A DNA stretch of 64,000 nt, from positions 1,536,001 through 1,600,000 of the forward strand of contig CAXRHT010000002.1 in assembly GCA_964230645.1 (NCBI GenBank), given 5' to 3'. Numbering within the stretch: position 1 is the first letter of the stretch; the number at the start of each line of letters is the position of its first letter. The translations under genes were made by a program, and so were the position numbers. Shown piece by piece: positions 38,349-48,179 of this stretch. Under the pieces are notes generated by a model. The model did not search any database and was not told where the DNA came from. It was given only the letters and a program-made list of their open reading frames with translations. The DNA comes from Bdellovibrionales bacterium (GTDB lineage: Bacteria; Bdellovibrionota; Bdellovibrionia; Bdellovibrionales; JAGQZY01).

Positions 38349-40985
38349 ATGGCTGAAACACCGAAAACCATTTACTTGAAAGATTATCAACCACCTGTGT
38401 TTTTAACTCCTGAGGTGAACCTCCACTTTGACCTAAAAGAAGAGCGCACCCTGGTCACCAACCAGATGAAATTTGTTCGAAATAAAAAGTCCAACGACGA
38501 CAGCAAAGAAGTTTTTTTAAATGGGAGCAAACTTAAACTCGTCAGTATTAAAAGAGACGGAGAAACTCTCCCTGAATCAGAGTACGAAAAATCAAAAACA
38601 GGACTTCTGTTAAAAAACTGTCCCGATGAATTTACTCTCACCACAGAAGTGGAACTTCACCCTGAAACAAACAAAGCCTTCTCAGGTCTTTACAAGACAA
38701 AAACCGTTTACTGCACTCAGATGGAAGCCCAAGGGTTTCGTCGCACCACCTTTTTCCAAGACCGCCCAGATATTCTTTCACGTTATAAAGTAGAAGTGGT
38801 CGCTGATAAAGAAAAGTACCCGATTCTTTTATCCAACGGAAATTTAGTGAAAGAAACAGATTTGGAAAGTGGCCGTCATTCGGTTGTGTGGGAAGATCCC
38901 TTTCCTAAACCTAGCTACCTCTTTGCTCTTGTCGCAGGAGATTTGGATTGGATCGAGGACTCTTATATGACTCGCTCCAATCGCAAGGTGGACTTGAAAA
39001 TTTTTGTGGACAAAGGCAAAGGTGATCGCGCCCGTTTTGCTATGGATTCACTCAAGCAGTCCATGAAATGGGATGAAGACACCTACCGCTTAGAGTACGA
39101 CTTAGACGTTTATAATATTGTGGCAGTGGATGACTTCAATATGGGAGCTATGGAAAATAAGGGTCTGAACATTTTTAATTCAAAATATGTTCTGGCAAGT
39201 TCTGACACTGCCACAGATGATGAGTACCAAGGCATTCAAAGAGTGATTGGACATGAGTATTTTCACAACTGGACGGGGAACCGTGTGACCTGTCGCGACT
39301 GGTTTCAACTCAGTCTCAAAGAGGGGCTTACAGTCTTTAGAGACCAAGAGTTCAGTAGTGATATGAACTCTCGCCCTGTAAAACGAATCGAGGATGTCTC
39401 AGCTCTTAGAGCTCGTCAGTTTCCTGAAGATGCCGGCCCCATGGCTCACCCCGTGCGCCCGTCTTCTTATATCGCCATTGATAACTTCTACACCGTAACG
39501 GTTTATGAAAAAGGGGCCGAAGTTATTCGCATGCTTTATAACCTTCTTGGTAACGATATGTTCAAAAAAGGTGTCACTAAGTACTTTGAACTTTATGATG
39601 GGCAAGCTGTAACCACAGACGACTGGATCCATGCCATGGAAGAAGTCTCTGAAAGGGACCTCACTCAATTTAAAAGGTGGTACGATCAAGCGGGAACACC
39701 ACAGGTCTCTGTAAAGACAAACTATGATGCCGACAATCAAACTTTCACTCTTGATATCAGTCAAAAAACCATAGACCCCCTTGAGAAAAATGAGCATGAG
39801 CCCTTTGTCATTCCTCTAAAAATGGGACTTCTGTCTAAAGAGGGCAGCCCCATCAAGTTTCAGCCTCCTGGCAAAGAGAAACCCACCTCAGAATGCGTTC
39901 TTGAACTCAATGAAGCCAACCAAAAATTTGTCTTAAAAAATGTTTATGAAAAACCAATCTTGTCGATCAACAGAGAATTTTCGGCTCCAGTGCATTTGAA
40001 TTACGAGCAAAGCAATGACGAACTCTATTTGTTAATGACAAAAGATGCCGACAGTTTTAACCGCTGGGAATCGGCTCAAAAACTTTATCTACAAACTCTC
40101 AAAAAGTTTTATCATTCCAAAAAATCAGAAGAGCCTTGTGAGATTCCAGGAGAACTGGTCGAGGCCTTTAAAGAACTCATTGAAAAAGGGGAAGATGACC
40201 CCGCTCTAACGGCCCGTCTTTTGGAGCTCCCTCAGAGCCATTACTTCGCGCAATTTTTGGATCAGTTTGACCCTCAAGCCATTCTCTGGGCTTACAAAAC
40301 TTTTTATAAACAAATGTCTTCAGAAGTTCAGGAAGTGGCCCTGGGTGTTTACCAAGAACTTGAGGAGCGTGGCCTTGGTCACTCTTTAAAAGATGCGGCT
40401 CTGAGAAATTTTAAAAATAATTTAATGAGCTATCTCTATCGAAATGACGAAATCACTGGTGCGAAAGTCTTTTATAAACAATTTGAATCGGCCCGTAATA
40501 TGACCGATCGCTTAAGTGCCCTTCATCGACTCAGTCATTTTCAAAGTGAGGAGTATCAAAAAGCCCGAGAGGAATTCCGTAGTCAGTGGAAAGATGATGG
40601 CCTCATCTTAAATAAACTTTTTATGGTCACAGCTCTTTCAAAATCTGAGAATACATTTGAAGAACTCAAACGGGTTTGGGATTCGGAAGACTTCGATGCC
40701 ACCAATCCCAACAATATTTATGCCCTTCTGTACACCTTTGCTCAGTATAACTGGCCCGCCTTTCACGATCTCAATACGGACTCGTATGATTGGTTTGTAG
40801 AGAAGACTTTGGAAGTGGATGGCCGTAACCCGCAAGTGGGAGCGCGCCTAGGTGGATGTCTTAATATTTGGAACAAGCTTGAGAGTAAGTACCATGCACC
40901 CATTAAGAAAGCCCTGGAAACGATCCGAGATTCGAATCCTTCAAACAATTTGTACGAAATTGTGAGTAAAGCGCTTAAGGCTTAA
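38349..40985 (+). CDS. pepN: Aminopeptidase N
   Basis: GAMEN, HEYFH...E (HEXXH-X18-E), YEKGAE. Confidence 0.97.
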   Translation: MAETPKTIYLKDYQPPVFLTPEVNLHFDLKEERTLVTNQMKFVRNKKSNDDSKEVFLNGSKLKLVSIKRDGETLPESEYEKSKTGLLLKNCPDEFTLTTEVELHPETNKAFSGLYKTKTVYCTQMEAQGFRRTTFFQDRPDILSRYKVEVVADKEKYPILLSNGNLVKETDLESGRHSVVWEDPFPKPSYLFALVAGDLDWIEDSYMTRSNRKVDLKIFVDKGKGDRARFAMDSLKQSMKWDEDTYRLEYDLDVYNIVAVDDFNMGAMENKGLNIFNSKYVLASSDTATDDEYQGIQRVIGHEYFHNWTGNRVTCRDWFQLSLKEGLTVFRDQEFSSDMNSRPVKRIEDVSALRARQFPEDAGPMAHPVRPSSYIAIDNFYTVTVYEKGAEVIRMLYNLLGNDMFKKGVTKYFELYDGQAVTTDDWIHAMEEVSERDLTQFKRWYDQAGTPQVSVKTNYDADNQTFTLDISQKTIDPLEKNEHEPFVIPLKMGLLSKEGSPIKFQPPGKEKPTSECVLELNEANQKFVLKNVYEKPILSINREFSAPVHLNYEQSNDELYLLMTKDADSFNRWESAQKLYLQTLKKFYHSKKSEEPCEIPGELVEAFKELIEKGEDDPALTARLLELPQSHYFAQFLDQFDPQAILWAYKTFYKQMSSEVQEVALGVYQELEERGLGHSLKDAALRNFKNNLMSYLYRNDEITGAKVFYKQFESARNMTDRLSALHRLSHFQSEEYQKAREEFRSQWKDDGLILNKLFMVTALSKSENTFEELKRVWDSEDFDATNPNNIYALLYTFAQYNWPAFHDLNTDSYDWFVEKTLEVDGRNPQVGARLGGCLNIWNKLESKYHAPIKKALETIRDSNPSNNLYEIVSKALKA

Positions 40986-41159
40986 CAGTTGACACGGCGC
41001 TCATGAAAGGCTCTAACAGAAAGTCGACGAAAATCTGACTTTTTTATTGGCCATAGTCCTGCCTTTTTTTCTATCATTAGGGTCTCCAACAATGAAGTTG
41101 GTGAGTAAAGCTTGTGAAGAAAGCATGATCGCTTTTATTGCAAGCCTGAGGGGGTATCT

Positions 41160-42200
41160 ATGGATCGGATCGTTTTATTTCTCTTTTTGGTGAACTTCGT
41201 AACATTTGCCAATGCCAGAGACCCACTTCCCGCGGAAAACGCCGCCGAAGTGATCGCAGAATTCCAATATGAAGGAAATTACACCATCTTGGAAGATGAC
41301 AGTAACGGCTCATCTTGGTCCTCTTGCTGGAAATACAATCGAGTCATCGAAACCACCTACCCCACCATGACTGAACCCCTTGAGGTGGAACTGCAAATGT
41401 ACATACCCAATCGAGATCAGTTGGGTAACGAGCAAGTGCCAGTGGTTTTTATCCTACCACCAGTAGGAGGAGTAAACTTTCTTGATCGTCAAATGGCTGA
41501 AACTTTTTGTAGTTCCGATATGGCAGCCATCATCCTTGTTAACGATTTTGCCAACATCGACTCCCAAGCCAATGGAGATCTTTTACCTCCAGAAGATCAT
41601 GGAATGGCCCTTCACCGCACAGTGGCCGGTGTAAAAGCCACAATGGCCATGTCAGTAGATGACGCCAATATCAATGAAAAGAAGATTGGACTCTTTGGCG
41701 CAAGCCTCGGAGGAATTCTGGGCTCTTTTGTGATGACCACTCAAAAGGAAATCTCCGCTGGATATTTTATTGTGGCTGGCGGAGATATTCCCAACATCCT
41801 TGCCTACAGTGAGCAGGAAAAGGTCTCTGCTATTCGTCGCAAGAGAATGAAAGAAGAGAATATCGAAACAAAAGAAGAGTACGAGCAGTATGTAAGAAAT
41901 TACGTCCTCCTTGATCCCATCGATTTGGCGGTCACAATGCTGCCAGAGACCCTTCACTTGGTCATATCCGAAAGGGATGATGTGGTACCGACTTCAAACC
42001 AATTTCAACTCTATGATGCTTTTCAGGAGCCTGAAGCCACATTTACCAACAGTGGTCATGTCGACACGGTGGTGGAGAGCCTTCTTTTTGGCGGACAACG
42101 TCGAAAAATCGCTCGTTTCTTCAGCGATCGATTCGAGATCGATAATCCCCGCCCTCCAATTTTTGACCTTCTCAGTTCCGATATTCTTTACCAGGATTAA
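41160..42200 (+). CDS. Secreted alpha/beta hydrolase
   Basis: Signal peptide (ANA|RD); GASLGG, DDVVP, SGH. Confidence 0.8.
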   Translation: MDRIVLFLFLVNFVTFANARDPLPAENAAEVIAEFQYEGNYTILEDDSNGSSWSSCWKYNRVIETTYPTMTEPLEVELQMYIPNRDQLGNEQVPVVFILPPVGGVNFLDRQMAETFCSSDMAAIILVNDFANIDSQANGDLLPPEDHGMALHRTVAGVKATMAMSVDDANINEKKIGLFGASLGGILGSFVMTTQKEISAGYFIVAGGDIPNILAYSEQEKVSAIRRKRMKEENIETKEEYEQYVRNYVLLDPIDLAVTMLPETLHLVISERDDVVPTSNQFQLYDAFQEPEATFTNSGHVDTVVESLLFGGQRRKIARFFSDRFEIDNPRPPIFDLLSSDILYQD

Positions 42201-42307
42201 TTTCCGAAATTATAGGATTTCAAGGAGAGCCATTAGGCTCTCCTTGAGCTTAAAAATCTGGGCCTATTTGCCACCCCACCCGTCTTGCTGTAGATTCTAT
42301 TAGGACT

Positions 42308-43939
42308 ATGAACTTAAGCGACAGAATTTACTCTCGACTCATTCACATTATAAGCGAAACCAATGGGCTGAATCTATCAGACACCATCGAATTGATGGCA
42401 AATGCTCAGACCCTGCCTGAAGATATCAAAAGAGAAACCCTCAGTTTCCAAAAGCTACTTCATGATTATCAAACCAATCAGGGTCATATTGATTCTTTGT
42501 TCGAGCACCCCGTCGGTAAAGCCCTTTTTCGTTTTTTTAAAAACTTTCCTCTGCGTTACCGAGAAGAGCACATCCACTTAACGGGGTCTCTGACGGCTGA
42601 ATATATCTTCCCTAGAATTCAGAAACTTCTCAATGGACCCAATGGCAAAATCTACGAACAAAAGATCAAAGAGGTTTATGGCAAAAACGCCCTGCCACTA
42701 GAATCAGCCAGTGATGTGGACAGATTGATCCGCTTGCAAGAGGGTAAACAGTTCGACACCTATTTAAAAATTCTTTATCTCGCTAAACTCACTTTGGTTG
42801 ACAAAGAGGCCCATGAGGAGGCCTCCTACCATCTGGCAAAGAGTCTTTGGGATAATTATAATGTTGGAGCCATTCGCTTAAAGTTTTCTCTTTCAAGAGG
42901 GACGACTCTTAAATCTGAACAAATCCCCGGTAATCGCGATGTGACCCCCGAGGAAACCGTTATGGGTCTTTATAATGGACTTAAAAAGTTTCAAGATGAA
43001 AACCCAAGTTTTCAATTTATCCTCTCTCCCTGCTTTCGGAAAGAGCCGGGCTTTTATGACTCCAACAAGTTCAAAACAAAAAAAGAAGATTTCGACTACC
43101 AGATTTCTGAGCTAAGACGAATTCTTTCTGTTCATCCGGAGCTTAGAGCCTGTGTGACTGAAGTGGATACTGTTGGGAGTGAAAAAGACCTATATAGAAA
43201 GTCTCATTTCCAAGAAATGAAAGTTGGGTTTCGAAAACTTCAATCCATTGGCATTAAGATTCGCTCCCACCATGGTGAAACTTGGCAAACTCTTCGCACA
43301 GGTATTCAATCCGTGGATAATGCTATGAACATTTGGCATGTGGATGCTGTGGAGCATGGTCTATCTTTAGGGATTAACCCCAACTATTACTTCCACTCAA
43401 TCTTTCAGCGGGTTATGTACTACAATCGCAAAGGCGAGCCCCTAGAAAAGGGAAGTATCGAGTACCGCGAAGTGCAGTCCATGGACTGGGGTGATTACCC
43501 GGGAGTCAAAGAAAAGCTTCTTGAAGGTAAAAAACTTAATGAAGAACAGTTCACTACTTTTGTAAAAACAAAATTCCATATGGCTAGAGAAGTGGAACAC
43601 TATCAGCATGATATTCTCAATAGAATGATTGATAAGCAGCTCTCGGTGATTGCGCTACCTTCTTCTAATAAAAAACTCACCGGACAATTTGAAGATTACA
43701 AGGATCATCCATTCTCTTGGTGGGAGAAAAAAGGGCTTAAATTGGGAGTGGGTACAGATAATTATATTACCCTTAACACCAATTACATTCGAGAAATGCT
43801 CGTTTTACTTTTTACAGATCCCGTCAATTTAAAAATCACCAAACTTTTGTTAGTCTGTACTGGAGAAACCCGTCGACCCTTTTTAAGCCAACAATTGTGG
43901 CAAATGCGGAAGCAAACCCCTAGGGAGGAGGACATCTGA
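42308..43939 (+). CDS. Adenosine/AMP-deaminase-fold metallo-amidohydrolase
   Basis: EEHIHLTGS, SHHGET, VEHG, LPSSN, GTDN equivalent to the ADA HxH, HAGE, GHG, CPxSN, xTDD motifs. Confidence 0.8.
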   Translation: MNLSDRIYSRLIHIISETNGLNLSDTIELMANAQTLPEDIKRETLSFQKLLHDYQTNQGHIDSLFEHPVGKALFRFFKNFPLRYREEHIHLTGSLTAEYIFPRIQKLLNGPNGKIYEQKIKEVYGKNALPLESASDVDRLIRLQEGKQFDTYLKILYLAKLTLVDKEAHEEASYHLAKSLWDNYNVGAIRLKFSLSRGTTLKSEQIPGNRDVTPEETVMGLYNGLKKFQDENPSFQFILSPCFRKEPGFYDSNKFKTKKEDFDYQISELRRILSVHPELRACVTEVDTVGSEKDLYRKSHFQEMKVGFRKLQSIGIKIRSHHGETWQTLRTGIQSVDNAMNIWHVDAVEHGLSLGINPNYYFHSIFQRVMYYNRKGEPLEKGSIEYREVQSMDWGDYPGVKEKLLEGKKLNEEQFTTFVKTKFHMAREVEHYQHDILNRMIDKQLSVIALPSSNKKLTGQFEDYKDHPFSWWEKKGLKLGVGTDNYITLNTNYIREMLVLLFTDPVNLKITKLLLVCTGETRRPFLSQQLWQMRKQTPREEDI

Positions 43940-44415
43940 TGAAAAAGGTCTTATTTGTTTGTCTTGGAAACATCTGCCGCTCACCTTCAGCTGAGGGCGT
44001 TTTTACAAAATTAGTTAAAGATGCTGGCCTTGCCGACGAGATCCATATTGATTCTTGTGGGACCGCCGCTCACCACGCCGGAGAAGGGGCTGACCCTCGC
44101 ATGAAAGAGCATGCTCTAAAACGCGGTTATGATTTAACGAGCATTGCTCGAGGGATTGATCGTAAGCAGGATTTTGAAAATTTCGATTACATACTCACCA
44201 TGGATAATAGCAACTACAATAATGTTGTTGCTCTTGCTGCCGATGTTGATAAACATAAAATTCGTCGTCTCACTGAATTCTGTAGTAAGCATCCCCACGA
44301 TCAAATTCCCGATCCTTATTATGGTGGACCGGAAAGCTTTGAGCTTGTTCTTGATCTCTTAGAGGATGCTTGCCAAGGCTTGCTAGAACATATTCAAAAA
44401 GAAAAAAATAGCTAG
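43939..44415 (+). CDS. Low-molecular-weight protein tyrosine phosphatase family
   Basis: VCLGNICRS P-loop; DPYY. Confidence 0.95.
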   Translation: MKKVLFVCLGNICRSPSAEGVFTKLVKDAGLADEIHIDSCGTAAHHAGEGADPRMKEHALKRGYDLTSIARGIDRKQDFENFDYILTMDNSNYNNVVALAADVDKHKIRRLTEFCSKHPHDQIPDPYYGGPESFELVLDLLEDACQGLLEHIQKEKNS

Positions 44416-45263
44416 TGTCCGATCCAAGAAAACAGGTCGAAAAAATTCTTGGTGAACCCATCCTTGATTGGCAACCAGGCTCCGGCAACCAGCCGAGCTT
44501 TATCGCTAAAACCGAGGACCATAGCTATTTTATTAAAACATCTAAAAAAAATAATGACAGTCTCGTCACTGAAGCCCAAGGGCTTAAAGAATTAAAGAAG
44601 TTTTATGCTAATATTCCAAAGCTTCATTTTAGTGATGAGGATTTTCTAGTCATTGATTACATAAAAAGACAAGAGCCCACCCCTGAGTACTGGAAGCAGC
44701 TAGCAGAAAATCTCAGCGCCATGCACAGACACTCCCATTCAAGCTTTGGCTATACTCAAGACAATTGGATCGGCCTTTCCGAACAAAAAAACCAGACTTC
44801 AGAGCCAGCCGCCGGCAACGCCGGATTATTCTTTTGGGAAAACCGAATCGCTTTTAAACTCAGTCAAGTTAAAGACAAGTACGGCAAACTTATCGATAAC
44901 GAGACAGAAAAAAGACTCCAAGAAAAAGTCGTCGAAAAGCTAAACCATAAAGATGTTTATCCCTCTCCCTGCCACGGCGACCTATGGGGGGGCAACATCG
45001 TCTGTGGTCAAGGCTCCCAGGCCTACCTTATCGATCCAGCCTTTTATTTCGGAGACCGCGAGTCCGATCTCGCTATGACGGAATGCTTTGGGGGCTTTTC
45101 TCCGATTTTTTATAAAGCCTATAATGAAATTTTCCCCTTAAGTGAGGGCTATGAGGAGAGAAAACATATTTTTAATCTCTATCATATGCTCAATCACTAC
45201 ATTATCTTCGGAAACACCTACAAAAGAGTTTCTGAGGATATTATTCAAAAAATTATAGGCTAG
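44415..45263 (+). CDS. Fructosamine/ketosamine-3-kinase family protein
   Basis: DNWIG, HGDLWGGN, IDPAFYFGDRESDLAM, FGGF, YHMLNH. Confidence 0.9.
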   Translation: MSDPRKQVEKILGEPILDWQPGSGNQPSFIAKTEDHSYFIKTSKKNNDSLVTEAQGLKELKKFYANIPKLHFSDEDFLVIDYIKRQEPTPEYWKQLAENLSAMHRHSHSSFGYTQDNWIGLSEQKNQTSEPAAGNAGLFFWENRIAFKLSQVKDKYGKLIDNETEKRLQEKVVEKLNHKDVYPSPCHGDLWGGNIVCGQGSQAYLIDPAFYFGDRESDLAMTECFGGFSPIFYKAYNEIFPLSEGYEERKHIFNLYHMLNHYIIFGNTYKRVSEDIIQKIIG

Positions 45264-45266
45264 AAT

Positions 45267-45884
45267 CTAAAAGTTAAATCCCACTCCGATGGTTGAATCA
45301 ATCGAAGGCTCAATAGATCGCGCCCTGGAAGGATCAATAGAATAATCGTATTCCAGGCCAAAATTTATATTAACGACTGGAGTAAAGAAATAGTGGGCTC
45401 TTAAGCCAGTTTTACCCTTCCAATCATTCCCGTCTTGACCATAATGGGAACCAGCAACGTTATATTCCTTATAATAGAAATCTTGGGTTAAGCTGTAGGC
45501 CCATTTGTCGGTTTCATAAAAGTACCATCGCCCAGTGAGTCCCAGTCCGTACTCTCTATTGATTTGAGAAAAGAGGCTTTCGGCCATCACACCCAATGAA
45601 AGATTATCTAAAAAGAAGTATCGGTAAGAAAGGCTTGTCTGCAAAATCAAGCCACTAAAACTGGAGTACCCCAGTCCAAGTCCTGGATTAATCTCATGAT
45701 CCCCTTGATGAGTATTCTTGAAGATCTTTTCTTCTTCCAATTGTGAAGAGGATACAGTCTCCTTGTCTTGTACATGACTAACAGTGGGAAGTTTAAATTC
45801 TCGGTCTACCTCTCCTAACCCGGCCAATGCTCGAGAACCGATGAACGTAAACATAAAAACTAACCAATAAACAAAAGGGCGCAT
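45267..45884 (-). CDS. Small outer-membrane beta-barrel protein
   Basis: AAGGAG RBS, signal peptide, alternating beta strands, terminal GVGFNF. Confidence 0.7.
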   Translation of the reverse strand: MRPFVYWLVFMFTFIGSRALAGLGEVDREFKLPTVSHVQDKETVSSSQLEEEKIFKNTHQGDHEINPGLGLGYSSFSGLILQTSLSYRYFFLDNLSLGVMAESLFSQINREYGLGLTGRWYFYETDKWAYSLTQDFYYKEYNVAGSHYGQDGNDWKGKTGLRAHYFFTPVVNINFGLEYDYSIDPSRARSIEPSIDSTIGVGFNF

Positions 45885-46109
45885 AAAGTTTCTCCTTATC
45901 AATAGAAAAACCTTTTTTAGATTCGACTTTAAGAATGACAAAGCCTTCTTGAACCCAAAAGCACTTTAAATGAGCCCACTGACTGAACGGAAGCACGCAA
46001 GAACTCACTGGATAGGAAATAAGAGGAGTCTACTGATCCCGACAAAAAACGGAGCTAATTACAATATGTATTCTAAAAGAACGAGAGCAGACCAAGAACA
46101 CTGCCAACT

Positions 46110-47453
46110 CTAGGAGTTCAATAAATGATGGAGGTAACCCTCTGGATTTGCCACCAAGTCTTCATTCACCTCGAGCTGTTTGATAGAGCTTGTGGGCAGA
46201 GCAAATTTAAAAGGTCGCAAGCTCTCTTCTAAAACGGCTGTCAGTCCACGAGCTCCTGTTTTCTGCTTATGGGCTCTCTCACTGAGCTGTATCAAGGCTC
46301 CTGTGGTAAAACTAAGTTGAATGCCGTAATAGGAAAATGAGGTTTTATACTGATTGAGAATAGAAAGTTCAGCTTCGGTAAGAATCTTGTAAAGATCCTC
46401 TGGGTTCAGGGAATCACAAGCCACGCGAATGGGAAGCCTACCAATAAACTCATGCTCAAAACCAAAATCCACTAAGTCTTTAGCTTCTGTAGACTTCAAG
46501 GTCTCAGCCACATCCTCGGAATCCTTTTCCACATGAAGACCAATAGACTTTTTATCAAGACGGTTATTGATAATGTCCTCAAGACCATGAAAGGCTCCGC
46601 TAAAAATAAAAAGAATATCGCGCGTGTTTACGATTTCTTTTTCGGCTTTGCCTTTTTTCTGAAAATTCATAAAGGTTTTAAATTGTGAGGCCATATCATG
46701 ACTGGAATTTAAGTCGACGTCGGTATTTTCTAAGAGTCTCAGAAAACCAAACTGCACGCCTCGACCACTCACATCGCGACCAGTGTGATCGCGTCTGGAG
46801 GCGAGCTTATCCACCTCATCTACGTAGACGATGCCTTTTGAGGCAAGCTCTTTATCGCCATCAGCCACCTGTACCAAGTCTCTGACAATGTCATCAACGT
46901 TGGCTCCCATATAGCCCACTTCACTAAAGCGTGTGGCATCGGCCTTTACAAAAGGCACACCTATAAGGTCAGAGATCAATCGAACGAGATATGTTTTCCC
47001 CACACCTGTTGGCCCAAGGATAAGAACATTTTGTTTTTGATAGTGAGTTTCTATGGGTTGTTCTTTGTCTTTTTTAAGGTCGGCTTTAAGATGGTTGTAG
47101 TGATCACAAACAGCTATAGCCAAAGCTTTCTTGGCGTCATCCTGGCCAATCACAAAGCGATCGAGATGTTTTTTAAGTTCGACAGGCTTATAATTAAATT
47201 GGTCTATGGATTCATAAGTCTTAGTTTCTTGTTTTGGCGCTTCTTTTTTCTCGCCCTTCCCCTCTTCGTCGAAAGGAAAACCATCTCCCATGGTCATGAC
47301 CTGGACTTTGCCACCAAATTTCTTTTCTATAAGGTCTTGAAACTCTTTTTGCAGGTTCTGAGGGTCAAAACCCTTCGCAGGATCTTGGGAGTTGTCTTTT
47401 TCTTGATCATTTTTCTTGTCGTGATCCTTAGACCCCGTATTTTCAGTATCCAT
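46110..47453 (-). CDS. ClpX-like AAA+ unfoldase lacking the zinc-binding domain
   Basis: VIGQDDAK, GPTGVGKT, ADAT..SEVGYMG, VDEVDK, RDVSGRGVQ, IGL loop, GARGL. Confidence 0.85.
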   Translation of the reverse strand: MDTENTGSKDHDKKNDQEKDNSQDPAKGFDPQNLQKEFQDLIEKKFGGKVQVMTMGDGFPFDEEGKGEKKEAPKQETKTYESIDQFNYKPVELKKHLDRFVIGQDDAKKALAIAVCDHYNHLKADLKKDKEQPIETHYQKQNVLILGPTGVGKTYLVRLISDLIGVPFVKADATRFSEVGYMGANVDDIVRDLVQVADGDKELASKGIVYVDEVDKLASRRDHTGRDVSGRGVQFGFLRLLENTDVDLNSSHDMASQFKTFMNFQKKGKAEKEIVNTRDILFIFSGAFHGLEDIINNRLDKKSIGLHVEKDSEDVAETLKSTEAKDLVDFGFEHEFIGRLPIRVACDSLNPEDLYKILTEAELSILNQYKTSFSYYGIQLSFTTGALIQLSERAHKQKTGARGLTAVLEESLRPFKFALPTSSIKQLEVNEDLVANPEGYLHHLLNS

Positions 47454-48147
47454 AGACCTTGCGTCTTATCAAAAATTCGTGGGGATGGACATGAATTGAT
47501 GCCTTTCAAAGCAGAAAAATTTTCAAAAGATTCATGTATAGAGATCAGTCAAAACCAGGCTGTTATTTTTATCATTTGAAAGAACTTCATAAGGCGGTGC
47601 GTTATAAGAAATCATCCACCAGTTTCTAAGCACTTAGCGGACTGAAAAGTCTGTATTTTTAACAGGACTAAAGTAACGGCTGTCTAAACTCTTACTATAA
47701 GCAATCTCTATAACTCGGATAATTATTATCAATTTCCCTTATGCAGAGGGGGTTGCTATATCTAGATTCAGAAATTGGGGGGAGATGAAAAGCCCGACAG
47801 ATAAGGGCTTTAACAGATCCCGGGGTGTGGCACCCAGAATTGAACGCTCATTCAAGGAAGGACCACAAAAAGCCCCACAAAATTGAAAAGCCGTCAGCAA
47901 ACGTCAAATCTGACCGACCTATCGAATGTTTCTTCAACTGTGTTGAGCCCACAGTTCCCACCTACAACACACCCAAAGAATTGGGCCCCGCCACCGGCTT
48001 TGTGCCTTTTCGGCACCCCAATTTGCGTGCAATGAGTCTCGAGGACTTATGCTGCCTAATTATTTTGCGTTTGAGTGACAATCTTACGAAACGATCGTTA
48101 TTTATTGAGCTTGCGAGAGCATAGGCGTGAACTGAGGGCCTATTCTC

Positions 48148-48163
48148 TGGCATAATCCCTGCA
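48148..48163 (+). promoter_or_regulatory. sigma54-like promoter
   Basis: TGGCATAATCCCTGCA (TGGCA, GG-N10-GC). Confidence 0.55.
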
Positions 48164-48179
48164 AAATTCTTTGTTTATA

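Noticed and set aside
42308..43939. RADAR (RdrB) or CRISPR-associated deaminase defence system
   Set aside because: No RdrA-like ATPase, CARF domain or cas genes adjacent
47031..47579. 182-aa hydrophobic plus-strand ORF
   Set aside because: Antisense to the Lys/Glu-rich N-terminus of the ClpX-like gene, which explains the Phe/Leu richness
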